DNA from: a bacterium
Lineage (GTDB): Bacteria; Actinomycetota; Acidimicrobiia; Spongiisociales; UBA5794
NCBI GenBank assembly: GCA_024226255.1
Contig: JAAELU010000158.1
Location: 1 to 62,535, forward strand
DNA length: 62,535 nucleotides
Direction of reading: 5' to 3'
Positions 48,025-57,246 of this stretch are shown here, piece after piece. The position numbers were made by a program, and so were the translations under genes. The notes under the pieces were generated by a model. The model worked only from the letters and a program-made list of their open reading frames with translations. It searched no databases and had not been told where the DNA came from. Every line of letters starts with the position of its first letter. Position 1 is the stretch's first letter.

Positions 48025-48639
48025 CTAGGCGGTCGGACCGTCGGTTGGTGGCCAAATCAGACGGTTCTCAACGCGGAGAACACCGTCCAAGCGACGCACT
48101 AACTCCTCGAGCAACGCAGATTCGGCGCGAGTGCCGATCGTGCCTGCAAACGTCACCACGCCGGCCTCAACTGCCACATCCACAGCGTCTAGATCCACCC
48201 GCATGATGCGGCGCAGAACATCCTCACGGATTTCGTCCTCGATGACATCGTCGGGTCGGGTGAAGGCGGCGACAACGTCGAGCCGCGAGATGATCCCGAG
48301 CATTTTGAGATCGCCATCGACAACCGGAAGCCGATTGACATCTTCGAAGACCATTATCCGGGCGGCTTCAGACAGCGGAGTACCCGCACTGATCGTCGTG
48401 ACATCTTGCGTCATTACTTCCCCGACGGTCTCGACCATGTGCATCTCGGCCTCGCTGTGGCGCGCCACCTCCAAGCGCAGGAAATCAGCTTCAGTGATCA
48501 TTCCGATGAGGCACGAATCTGAGTCACAAACAGGCAGGCCCGAGATTCTGTTGCGAAACATCAAACGGGCGGCGTCGGTGATTGTGGTCGCCGCGCTCAC
48601 CGTGATCACATCGCTTGTCATTACGTCGACAACTTGCAC
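48025..48639 (-). CDS. CBS-pair plus BON domain protein
   Basis: GTG 48639 has a GGAGG RBS. VQVVDVMTSDVITV.. begins two CBS motifs, followed by the C-terminal BON-like VEAGVVTFAGTIGTRAESALLEELVRRLDGVLRVENRL. The V-rich N-terminal extension in the track ORF is antisense to the next gene. Confidence 0.75.
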   Translation of the reverse strand: MQVVDVMTSDVITVSAATTITDAARLMFRNRISGLPVCDSDSCLIGMITEADFLRLEVARHSEAEMHMVETVGEVMTQDVTTISAGTPLSEAARIMVFEDVNRLPVVDGDLKMLGIISRLDVVAAFTRPDDVIEDEIREDVLRRIMRVDLDAVDVAVEAGVVTFAGTIGTRAESALLEELVRRLDGVLRVENRLIWPPTDGPTA

Positions 48640-48763
48640 TGAATCCTCCAACCCAGATCTCTGATAGCTATCTTGCCAGGCTCCGCGGATAGAACCTATT
48701 ACACGCGGCACCGACCGACCAACGACCACTCCATCGCAGTCGAGCTGGATTACGCTTCGCCTC

Positions 48764-49465
48764 ATGTATCGACTCCTCATCACCGCCCTCGTGCTGCTTG
48801 CGGCGTCCTGCGGAGGGAACACGGACACGACGACGACTCCACCAACTTCGTCCGAGGCAACCTCGACGAGCGCCGCGTCTGACGCCTCGACGACGACGGC
48901 CGTCACCGAATCGACAACGTCGTCAACAGCTGAGCCGACGACGTCTGCGACAACCGTGACGACAACCACCCTTGCCGAAGGCGACCCCGCGATCCGTATC
49001 GATGAGGTCGTCTTCGCCGGAGAGCCCTACCTCATAATTGCCAACCGGGGCACCGGCGGCGGCTCGACGGCAGGCCACTGGATATGCCAGTTCCCGTCCT
49101 ACTACGAACTGCCGGCCGTCAATCTGCAGCCCGGAGAGCGTCTCGCCATCCCTTTGGGGGAGGGGGAGGTGCCACAGCTGGCCGGTGTCGTCGCCTCCGT
49201 TGACGTCACGACCCCCCTCGGCTCGGTCACGGGCCACGACGGCGAGATCGGCCTGTACCGCTCGAATGTGTTCAATTCAGCCGACGCCATCGTGGACTAT
49301 GTCGAGTGGGGTTTCCCCGGCCACGCCCGCTCCGAAGTAGCCATCGCCGCTCAGATCTGGACCCAGAACGGCTACGTCGAAGTTCCTGCTGAAATGCTGG
49401 CCATAGTGGCTCAGACCTTCCCAACTGTCGGACCACAAGACTGGTTCGCCGAGATTGGCGGATAG
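48764..49465 (+). CDS. lipoprotein with a Thr/Ser-rich linker and a lamin-tail-like (LTD) domain
   Basis: MYRLLITALVLLAASCGG (lipobox), a 60-aa T/S-rich stretch, then IRIDEVVFAGEPYLIIANRG..W..Q...YELP..NLQPGERL. Confidence 0.55.
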   Translation: MYRLLITALVLLAASCGGNTDTTTTPPTSSEATSTSAASDASTTTAVTESTTSSTAEPTTSATTVTTTTLAEGDPAIRIDEVVFAGEPYLIIANRGTGGGSTAGHWICQFPSYYELPAVNLQPGERLAIPLGEGEVPQLAGVVASVDVTTPLGSVTGHDGEIGLYRSNVFNSADAIVDYVEWGFPGHARSEVAIAAQIWTQNGYVEVPAEMLAIVAQTFPTVGPQDWFAEIGG

Positions 49466-49482
49466 GGACTGAGAGTGGATCG

Positions 49483-50502
49483 ATGATTGTCTGGTGGGTG
49501 TGGCTGCTATTCGCTGCGTTTATCGTGGCGGCGTTGTTGATCGATCTGTTCGCGTTCCAACGGCAGGCCCACGCAGTCAGTCGTCGAGAAGCTGCGATTT
49601 CCACCGCAGTCTGGATCGGGCTCGGTTTGGCATTCACGTTCGTTGTCTGGGCGTGGCTGGGCGGCACCGCGGCCTCTGAATACCTGACGGCCTACCTCGT
49701 AGAGAAGAGCCTGTCGATCGACAACATCTTTGTGTTTGCGATCGTATTCGAGTACTTCATGGTCCCCGAGTCCTACCGCCATCGGGTGCTCTTCTGGGGA
49801 ATCTTCACGGCTCTGCTGCTTCGCTTCGCCTTCATCATTGCCGGGGTAACCCTGATAGAAGCCTTTGAGCCGACCCTCGCCATATTCGGTGGGCTGCTCT
49901 TGTTCACGGCATACCGCATGGTGACCCATTCCGGAGTGGAACTGCAGCCCGATCAGAACCCTGCAATACGAGCGGTACGGCGATTCATCCCGATGACGAC
50001 CGAATACGACGGGGCCAAACTCTTCACCCGGCTCGATGGCCGGCGGCTAGCGACGCCGCTCCTGGCGGTGCTCATCATGATCGAGACGAGCGATGTCATC
50101 TTCGCCATCGACTCCGTCCCGGCGGTCTTTGGTGTCACCACGGAGCCCTTCCTGGTGTTCAGCTCGAACGCTTTCGCCATTCTGGGGCTCCGTGCGCTCT
50201 ACTTCCTGTTGTCCGATTCGTTGAAGCGTTTCCGCTATCTCAACTATGGCTTGGCCGGAGTCCTGGCGTTTGTGGGCGCCAAAATGGTGGCCACGCAGTT
50301 GTGGGATCTCCACATACCCATTTGGATATCTCTCTTGGTGATAGTCGTGGTCGTGGCGGCTTCCATAGTTGCGTCGCTCTACGGCGCACCCGAGCCGCTC
50401 GCTGAGGAGATCTCCCATCCACCACTCGCCGGTGGTCTGGCAGGAATTGGAGCGCGCAAAGAGCCGGAACCGCCCACAGTGGGCCCAACGGAGGGGAACT
50501 AG
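49483..50502 (+). CDS. TerC family integral membrane protein
   Basis: 339 aa. YLVEKSLSIDNIFVFAIVF and ETSDVIFAIDSVPAVFGVT match the duplicated TerC motifs. Confidence 0.85.
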   Translation: MIVWWVWLLFAAFIVAALLIDLFAFQRQAHAVSRREAAISTAVWIGLGLAFTFVVWAWLGGTAASEYLTAYLVEKSLSIDNIFVFAIVFEYFMVPESYRHRVLFWGIFTALLLRFAFIIAGVTLIEAFEPTLAIFGGLLLFTAYRMVTHSGVELQPDQNPAIRAVRRFIPMTTEYDGAKLFTRLDGRRLATPLLAVLIMIETSDVIFAIDSVPAVFGVTTEPFLVFSSNAFAILGLRALYFLLSDSLKRFRYLNYGLAGVLAFVGAKMVATQLWDLHIPIWISLLVIVVVVAASIVASLYGAPEPLAEEISHPPLAGGLAGIGARKEPEPPTVGPTEGN

Positions 50503-50687
50503 CTACCTATCAACAGGGGTGAGGTCGCGAAGTTTTAACAGGTCTTAGCAATTTGGGGGAAACGCTCATAACCCGCTAGATGCGAAAGTTGATCTTGCCT
50601 GCCCCTCTGAGGAGCAGCCCGAAGGGAAAACACAACAAGTCGCGAAGGGTGGACGCCCCCTCATCTGCTTGCTCCATCTGACGTGTT

Positions 50688-50711
50688 GGGCCCCCATGAA
50701 AGTGGGGGCCC
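50688..50711. terminator. GC-rich hairpin between convergent TerC and the sensor kinase
   Basis: GGGCCCCC-atgaaagt-GGGGGCCC, followed on the plus strand by TTCCCTATT. It lies about 20 nt beyond the kinase stop on the minus strand. Confidence 0.35.
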
Positions 50712-50729
50712 TTCCCTATTGGGGGCCTT

Positions 50730-52046
50730 CTAGCCTGAGGTACCGAAGACGACCTCAACGCGGGCCCCGCCGGTGCCGGTATTGGAGGTGTTGACGAAGC
50801 CTCCCGTCTTCTCGGCGGCCTTACGGACGATGTCGAGGCCCAATCCGGTCGATCCGCCGCCGCTGTGTCCCCGTTCTTGGATGATGGCCTCATCGAAGCC
50901 GGCTCCGGAGTCCTCGACGGTGAGCACGGCGGTGGCATCTACGCCGGGCCGGGCCGCCACTCGGTAGCCGGTGGTGGGGTCGGTGTGGGCGAACACATTC
51001 TCCATCAGCGTGTCGAAGACCGCACCAAGCTCGTCGGGCGAAAGCGGGACCGGCAGCGGCCCTCCTTGAGTCAAGACCTCCACAGGCCTTTCCTGCTCAT
51101 CCGCAAGCACCTTCCAAAACATCGATCGATGCCGAACGATGGCTCCGAGATCGGCGACCGGCGGTTCAGCATCGCCGTCAGAGGTTGGCCGCCGTAGGTC
51201 GTTGATCATCTGGTCGACCGCACGCTCGAGCTCACCAATGTCGCCCAGGAGAACCGCTGTGACCTCGCGATCGCGCAGCGTCTCTGCCTGAAGACGGAGC
51301 GCAGTGAGCGGGGTGCGCAATCGATGAGACAAATCGGCAACGCTCTCACGCTCTTCGCGCAGGAGGGTCTCGAGCCGGCTGGCCAGAAAGTTGAAGGCCA
51401 CCCCTACCTCAGCGACCTCAGGAGGGCCCGCAATCTGCACTCGGGTATCGAGATCACCATGTGCCAGGTCTCGAGCGGCCTCTGACAGCGCGGACACGGG
51501 TCTTACCAGCCTGCGGCCCAGGCGATCCGCGGCCAACCCGGCCACGACCACCAGGACGATGCCCAGCACAGCGAGCAGCAGCCACGTGAGAAACACACCT
51601 TCACGCAGTTCACTGGTGGGAACAACAGCCCGCACCACAACGGTGGCGCCGATAGTCGGGGCGTCGGCCAGCAGCACCGGGACCAACACCTCAGCCCCGT
51701 CCGGGATCGTGGCTGTGAAGGCGTCGCCCTCGCGGGCCCGTTCGATATTAGGGCTTTCGGCGAAGAACGTCCCGCGGGCAGTGCCGTCGGGAAAGATTAT
51801 GGAGAGGCCCGGCCGGCTGCGAAATGCCTCAATGACCACTTCGGCGAGCTCGAGCGTTACGCCCGCCTCGGGCTCGATCGACGCGGCAACCGCCAGAGCG
51901 GCTGCAATCGATTGGGCGTCGGTCTCTGCCGCGGCCAAAGCCTGGGCTCGTGCTTGATTGCGGACAATCGTGGCCAGCGGGATCAAGGCGCTGAGAACCA
52001 CCAGCGTCGACACCATTATCGAGAGGAGGGCTAGCTGTCTTCTCAC
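50730..52046 (-). CDS. sensor histidine kinase (TM-sensor-TM, HAMP, HisKA, HATPase_c)
   Basis: The H-box is DLSHRLRTPLTAL. The N and G boxes (ENVFAHT, DSGAGF, GSTGLGL) are present, along with two TM segments. Confidence 0.85.
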   Translation of the reverse strand: MRRQLALLSIMVSTLVVLSALIPLATIVRNQARAQALAAAETDAQSIAAALAVAASIEPEAGVTLELAEVVIEAFRSRPGLSIIFPDGTARGTFFAESPNIERAREGDAFTATIPDGAEVLVPVLLADAPTIGATVVVRAVVPTSELREGVFLTWLLLAVLGIVLVVVAGLAADRLGRRLVRPVSALSEAARDLAHGDLDTRVQIAGPPEVAEVGVAFNFLASRLETLLREERESVADLSHRLRTPLTALRLQAETLRDREVTAVLLGDIGELERAVDQMINDLRRPTSDGDAEPPVADLGAIVRHRSMFWKVLADEQERPVEVLTQGGPLPVPLSPDELGAVFDTLMENVFAHTDPTTGYRVAARPGVDATAVLTVEDSGAGFDEAIIQERGHSGGGSTGLGLDIVRKAAEKTGGFVNTSNTGTGGARVEVVFGTSG

Positions 52047-52064
52047 AAGGCCACTGTCCGGATA

Positions 52065-52751
52065 TCAGACGCTGCCGGGGTCAACCAGCTTGACGCCGAC
52101 GCCGAAAACGGTGTGCAGGTATCGGCTGTCGGCGGCGGTTTCGCCAAGCTTCTTGCGCAACCAGGATATGTGGACATCCACAGTCTTCTCGCTGCCACCG
52201 TAGGGCTGGCGCCAGACCTCAGCCAGCAATTCCCGCTTGGAAACAACATCGCCAGAACGCTCGGCAAGGAATCTCAAAAGGTCGAACTCCTTTGGAGAAA
52301 GATCGAGCCGAGCCCCATCGAGGCGCGCTTCGCGAGCGGCGGCGTCGACTGACAGATCTCCAACCACAATCGGGCCGGGCCTTCCATCGGCCCCAACGCG
52401 ACGCAGCACGGCACGCACCCGCGCCTCGAGTTGCTCGACTGAGAATGGTTTCACGAGGTAGTCGTCGGCTCCGGCATCGAGAGTCCGCACGACGTCGCGA
52501 TCCTCGCTGCGTGCAGTGGCAACGATGATCGGGACCTCGCTGACGGCGCGGATCATCTTCAGAAGCTCGCTGCCGTCGAGGTCGGGCAGACCCATGTCGA
52601 GAATCACCAGATCCGGAGCGGTGCGAACCACTGTTTGCAGCCCGTCCATTGCCGTCGAACTGGCTTCGACATCGTGGCCCCGATCCGCCAGAACCCTGGC
52701 CACCAACTCGCGGATACGCAGCTCGTCTTCAATGATCACCACAGATGCCAT
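52065..52751 (-). CDS. OmpR/PhoB-family response regulator
   Basis: Receiver domain (VVIIEDE..DLVILDMGLPDLDG) plus a winged-helix domain (LSPKEFDLLRFLAE..VDVHISWLRKKL). ATG 52751 is preferred. The track start is 52778. Confidence 0.9.
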   Translation of the reverse strand: MASVVIIEDELRIRELVARVLADRGHDVEASSTAMDGLQTVVRTAPDLVILDMGLPDLDGSELLKMIRAVSEVPIIVATARSEDRDVVRTLDAGADDYLVKPFSVEQLEARVRAVLRRVGADGRPGPIVVGDLSVDAAAREARLDGARLDLSPKEFDLLRFLAERSGDVVSKRELLAEVWRQPYGGSEKTVDVHISWLRKKLGETAADSRYLHTVFGVGVKLVDPGSV

Positions 52752-53332
52752 GCCTACAGCGTAGGCCAGCTTCCGCAAATCTCAATATCGTCTTATCAAC
52801 TCCTTAACCACTCTTTCACAGCTCCGAAAGGCGACCTGGTCCAAAATGGGGGCGATGCGGCAGAAGACCCTGCTCGCATGCTGGATGGGTTCGTAGTCTT
52901 CAACAACTGCGAGAACAGGGGGCCCGGTCTTCGACCGACCCCCGGCTAGCCCCTCAGCTGCGAGATGGCAGCGCTGCCTGTCGTTGAAATAAGGATGGGC
53001 GTGCTGGGCCTGTTTGGCCCCTTTGCCTCCGGCGGCCTCGGTTCTAGGGCCCAGTCGCCCATGCCTTACTATTGAGCAGCCGAATGCCGCACGGCTCTCG
53101 AACCTTCTCCGCTTGGTATGCACCCTGCTCGCGTGTCTTCCGCGATTGCCGGAGCTACGTTGCCAAAGGCTCCAACCAGCCCTTGTCGCGCCCACAACCG
53201 CGCGATGCACTGAGGTCGCGCGGCGACTGTCCGCTGCACTGATCACGCGTGGTGACTGTGCGATTGTGTGGTGCGTCACCGCCCGTTTGTCAGAGCCGGT
53301 CGCAATAAGCGGCGAGTGGCGAAGCAAACGGT

Positions 53333-53604
53333 GTCTCTCCCCCCGTCTGACTCCGCTCTGGGAGGCAGACATTTGGGGGGAGCACCCGAGGAACGAGGGG
53401 GAGGGGGGAAACAAAGGTAGTCCCCAAAGCGAACGATGCGTCGCAATGCTGAGTGCGCGACAGCCGAGAACCCGCGGCGGTTGACTGCCCGCCGGCCCGT
53501 GTGCGGTGTCATGACGCCTTCCGCTACCCCCTCCCAAGCTGCCCGCAGGGCAGCCCACCTCCCCCAAACGTCGCCCGACTACGTCGTTCGACGGGGGAGG
53601 AGAC
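53333..53604 (-). repeat. G-tract/C-tract structured repeat element, copy B (reverse orientation, lacks the internal 52-nt module duplication)
   Basis: The reverse complement aligns with 33177-33538. It shares GTCTCCTCCCCCG..CGACGTTTGGGGGAGGTGGGCTGCCCTGCGGGCAGCTTGGG.. and ..CTACCTTTG(C/T)TTCCCCCCTCC..CTCGTTCCTCGG..CTCCCCCCA..TCTGCCTCCCA.AGC.GAGTCAGACGGGGGGAGAGAC. Confidence 0.75.
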
Positions 53605-53665
53605 GCGTATGTTGCGCCCGTCGCAGCGCGAGGCACCTTGCGTCCCAATCCCCCCTCCCGTGCGT

Positions 53666-55264
53666 CTACGCGAGGCTGACCAGTTCCAGCATCGTTTCGT
53701 CGAAGAAGGACGTGTCACCTTCGGGCATGAGGATGACGCGGTCGGGGCCGAGTTGCTCCACGAATTCGGCGTCGTGGCTCACCAGGACGAGGGTTCCGGT
53801 GAATTGCTCTAGGGCCTGCAACAGAGCCCTTTTGGCTTGGGGATCGAGGTTGTTGGTTGGCTCATCGAGGAGCAAGAGGTTGTGCTGACCAACAACCAAC
53901 CGGGCCAAAGCCAGCTTCGTCTTCTCACCACCGGAGAGCGTTCCGGCGTCTTGCTCGATCTTGTCGGCCAATAGGAAGTGCCCGAGGATGCTGCGCAGTG
54001 TCAGCTCGGGAACCGATGAGACCTCTTTCATGTGATCGAGGACATTGATACCGCGTTTGATGTCCTCGTGCTCCTGGGCGTAATAGCCCAGCGAACTGCG
54101 GTAGTCGACATCCACCTCACCCAGGTCTGCTTCATCGACTCCGGCGAGAATCCGCAACAGCGTTGTCTTTCCGGCCCCGTTGAGGCCCATGATGATCAGG
54201 CGCTCGCCGCGATCAAGATCGACGTCCACATCAACGAACACCACGTTGTGATCGAAAGCCTTGGCGAGTCCTGTCGCCTTGGCCGGAGTACGGCCGAGGG
54301 GCGGTCCGGCGGGAAACCGCAGCGTGACTTCCTTGCCGCGTTTGGCAATCTCCACCCGTTGGTCCTTCAGCTTGGCGACCCGGGTCTCCCACGATCGGGC
54401 TCGCTTCGCCATCTTCTCGGTTGAGCCCTTGAAACGACGGATCCCCTCTTCGAGTTTGGCGATCTTCTGGTCCTGATGGCGGCGTTCCCGCAGCCGTTGT
54501 GCGCGCCGTTTCTCTCGCTCGGTCAGGTAGTGCGAGTAGGTGCCTCGGAACGGTTCGAGCTCGCCGTTCTCGACTGCCAGGACCGACGTGATCGACTGGT
54601 CCAGCAGCGGCAAGTCGTGCGAGATCACAAGAAGGCCGCCCGAGTAGGCATCGAGGTAGCTCATCAACCATGCCTTGGCGTCGATGTCCAGGTGGTTCGT
54701 TGGCTCGTCGAGCAGCAGGATGTCGGTCTCGGCGAAAAGGATTCGGGCCAGCTCAACGCGCCGCCGCTGACCCCCGGACATGGTCACTACGAGCTGATCG
54801 AGTTCGTCGTTGCCTATTCCGAGCGAGTGGGCGAAGCGCTTGGCCTCAGCCTTGGCGACGTAGCCGCCGCGGGCGGTGAATTCGTCCTCGAGCCTGGAGA
54901 ACCGCTTGATCAACCTATCGCGCTCATCGCCGGCGGCTGATTCCATCAACAGTCGGGTGTCTTCCATCCGACGTTCCAGCTCACCGATCGAGCGCGCCTT
55001 CAGAATCCTCTCCAGGGCAGTGACGCCATTGTCGGCGAGTTCGAGCAAGGCAGCTTCCTGGGATAGGTAACCCACGACATTGCTGCGCACGATGGTTCCT
55101 TCTGCCGGTTCCAGCTCTCCACCGAGTGTTCTCAGCAGCGTTGTCTTGCCCGCCCCGTTTCGGCCAACGAGGCCGATCTTGTCCCCCGCGTTCACAGTGA
55201 AATTGGCGTGCGAAATCAGCCGGCGGATACCGGCTTCTATGGCAATGTCGCGTGCAATGATCAT
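53666..55264 (-). CDS. ABC-F family ATPase (two ABC domains, no TM domain; EttA/Uup-like)
   Basis: 532 aa with two Walker A motifs (GRNGAGKTT, GLNGAGKTT), two signatures (MSGGQRRR, LSGGEKTK) and a charged interdomain linker. Confidence 0.9.
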   Translation of the reverse strand: MIIARDIAIEAGIRRLISHANFTVNAGDKIGLVGRNGAGKTTLLRTLGGELEPAEGTIVRSNVVGYLSQEAALLELADNGVTALERILKARSIGELERRMEDTRLLMESAAGDERDRLIKRFSRLEDEFTARGGYVAKAEAKRFAHSLGIGNDELDQLVVTMSGGQRRRVELARILFAETDILLLDEPTNHLDIDAKAWLMSYLDAYSGGLLVISHDLPLLDQSITSVLAVENGELEPFRGTYSHYLTEREKRRAQRLRERRHQDQKIAKLEEGIRRFKGSTEKMAKRARSWETRVAKLKDQRVEIAKRGKEVTLRFPAGPPLGRTPAKATGLAKAFDHNVVFVDVDVDLDRGERLIIMGLNGAGKTTLLRILAGVDEADLGEVDVDYRSSLGYYAQEHEDIKRGINVLDHMKEVSSVPELTLRSILGHFLLADKIEQDAGTLSGGEKTKLALARLVVGQHNLLLLDEPTNNLDPQAKRALLQALEQFTGTLVLVSHDAEFVEQLGPDRVILMPEGDTSFFDETMLELVSLA

Positions 55265-55329
55265 GTTTCGGCCCTCAGGAGTGACTGAACGGTAATGGCT
55301 GGAGCGACGGTTGCAGCCGCTTTCGGCGA

Positions 55330-56424
55330 TCAGCCCTTCCGCAGCGCCCTTTGAATGGAGACGGAGCTGCGCAACGAGAACAAAGCATCTCGCTTGGAGA
55401 CGAGTGCTGATGCCGGCTGTAGCACGAGATGGCGTAGTCCAATGTCGACATAGCCGCGTAGCTGAGTGGTGATCGACTCGGGTGTTCCCCAGACGACAAG
55501 TTGACTCAAGACGTCGACATCAACCTTGCCCATCGCGTCCAACAGCTGCGCCTTGGTGTAGTGCTGAGGAACGAAGTCGATCATTCCGCGGAACTCGGGG
55601 CCCAAAGGATGCTCGAGGCCTGCCCGCGCCCACAGATGGGCCGGCCCCAAGAGGCTGAGAAACCGAACGGGCTGCGAATCGAGTAGCTCACGGGCATGCT
55701 TTTGAGTTCTGCCGATAATCGCAAACAACTGCCAGCCCGCAACGATGGCGCCCGGGTCACGGCCAACCCTGCTGGCATGGCCCCGGATGGCACCCAACGC
55801 GTCTTCGAACTCCTCCGGGGGCATTGGGAAGGTGGGGTACCACCCGTCACCGTACTCCCCCGTTAGCCGCAGCATCCGGGGACCATGGGCCGCGATCCAT
55901 ATCTGCGGGATCTTGTCCGGGTGCGGCTCGAGATCCATTACAGCCTGGTCCAAAGCGAAGAACTCTCCAGAGAAGTCGATCGGCCCATTCGATTCGAAAC
56001 ACATACGAACGATCTGAAGCGCCTCCTCCAGACGGCTCACGGGCCGAGCAAACGGAAGGCCATAGGGTTCAACGTTCTCGCGCTCCCCCGATCCGATGCC
56101 CAAGATGGGAGCCCGCTTGGCGAGATGCGACATTGTGAGAGCAAACTGCGCGAGCAAGACCGGATGACGCCGGATCGGTTCGGTCACCCCGACCCCGATG
56201 TGAATGTTGCGGCGGGCCAGATGACCCATCAACGCTTGGTATTCGAAATACGGATGAGGGCTGGCGCCTGCCGCGGCTGCCCACGAGAAGTCCTTGTCCC
56301 AAAGCGACCGCGGAAAGAAGCCCAGGAAGTGGTCAGTGACCCAGGCGATGTCAAAGCCGGTCCGCTGCGCAGCCGTGGTGAGAACTCTGATGCGGGCCAG
56401 CGGCGGCTGGGTGCCTACTGTCAT
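55330..56424 (-). CDS. LLM-class (luciferase-like) flavin/F420-dependent oxidoreductase
   Basis: GFDIAWVTDHF.., PILGIGSGEREN. ATG 56424 is preferred over the track start at 56562, which would overlap the upstream gene. Confidence 0.75.
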   Translation of the reverse strand: MTVGTQPPLARIRVLTTAAQRTGFDIAWVTDHFLGFFPRSLWDKDFSWAAAAGASPHPYFEYQALMGHLARRNIHIGVGVTEPIRRHPVLLAQFALTMSHLAKRAPILGIGSGERENVEPYGLPFARPVSRLEEALQIVRMCFESNGPIDFSGEFFALDQAVMDLEPHPDKIPQIWIAAHGPRMLRLTGEYGDGWYPTFPMPPEEFEDALGAIRGHASRVGRDPGAIVAGWQLFAIIGRTQKHARELLDSQPVRFLSLLGPAHLWARAGLEHPLGPEFRGMIDFVPQHYTKAQLLDAMGKVDVDVLSQLVVWGTPESITTQLRGYVDIGLRHLVLQPASALVSKRDALFSLRSSVSIQRALRKG

Positions 56425-56450
56425 GCCGCTCGTGAACCTGGAGGAGTCGA

Positions 56451-57239
56451 TCAAGGTAGGTCCTGCTCGGTCACCGATCGTGCAAACGCGAGTTTGATCA
56501 CATCTGTGGGATACGGCGCTCCCTGGAAGTCCAAATCCGCTTCGCTCGCCGCGGCGGCACATCGACGAGCGACATCGCGCAGTTCCACAACCTGAGTGGC
56601 AACTGCGTTTGGCTCCATAACATCGCCGTGGCCGGGAACTACGAGACGTGGGGCATAGGACAGGTGTTCGGCGATGGTGTCAGGCCACTGTTGCGGGTAC
56701 GAGTCGCCGTACGCAGGCGGTGCGCCCTCTTCCAACAGATCTCCGGCGAACAGCACGTCGCCAATCCGAACCGTCACATCAGCATCGGTATGACCTTTGC
56801 CGCGGTATGCAAGCTCGACCTTGCGCCCGCCGAGGTCCAGGACAGCGTCGCGTGTGAACACCTTGCCGGGCGCGACGAGATCGATCCCGTCGAGCTCGGC
56901 GGCAGCATCACCGAGCCAACGGTGCGCTGCCGCTTTGATCGCCTCCGGTTCCTCGAGCATCACCTCGCGGCAGCGCTGATGGCCCCAGAACTCAGCGGCG
57001 GCGAATGATGAATTGCCGAGAACATGATCCCAGTGCCAGTGAGTGTTGACGACCCATCCGACGGGCAGCGCAGTCAAGCGTCTCAAATCGGCCGCGATCT
57101 CGTCGGCGTGGGAGGGAATCGACCGGGTGTCGATCACGGCCACCGCCTCTTCGCCCAGGACGATGCCAATGTTCTGATCGAGGACTTCGTAGCGACGGCG
57201 AAAGATGCCGTCACCGACTTCGTCGAATGGGTGAGGCAT
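56451..57239 (-). CDS. MBL-fold metallo-hydrolase
   Basis: The HWHWDH (HxHxDH) motif is present, with later GHTD and PGHG ligand regions. ATG 57239 lies 8 nt after the upstream stop. The track start is 57380. Confidence 0.8.
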   Translation of the reverse strand: MPHPFDEVGDGIFRRRYEVLDQNIGIVLGEEAVAVIDTRSIPSHADEIAADLRRLTALPVGWVVNTHWHWDHVLGNSSFAAAEFWGHQRCREVMLEEPEAIKAAAHRWLGDAAAELDGIDLVAPGKVFTRDAVLDLGGRKVELAYRGKGHTDADVTVRIGDVLFAGDLLEEGAPPAYGDSYPQQWPDTIAEHLSYAPRLVVPGHGDVMEPNAVATQVVELRDVARRCAAAASEADLDFQGAPYPTDVIKLAFARSVTEQDLP

Positions 57240-57246
57240 GTGGTTC

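Noticed and set aside
48640-48969. Val-rich N-terminal 110 aa of the track ORF 48025-48969.
   Set aside because: It is antisense to the Thr/Ser-rich linker of the lipoprotein gene at 48764-49465. A GTG with a GGAGG RBS at 48639 gives a normal CBS-pair N-terminus.
49466-49482. yybP-ykoY (Mn2+) riboswitch upstream of the TerC gene.
   Set aside because: Only 17 nt separate TerC from the preceding lipoprotein gene, which leaves no room for the riboswitch.
52779-53332. tmRNA, RNase P RNA, SRP RNA or a tRNA in the large non-coding gap.
   Set aside because: I searched both strands by eye for hallmark motifs. These were the GGGG..TTCGAC 5-prime end and GGTTCGAnTCC..CCACCA 3-prime end of tmRNA, GAGGAAAGTCCGGGC of RNase P, the SRP domain IV motif and a cloverleaf. 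None was present. A TCGGCTGCTCAATAGTAA stretch on the minus strand looked briefly like a tag ORF but lacks the surrounding tmRNA architecture.
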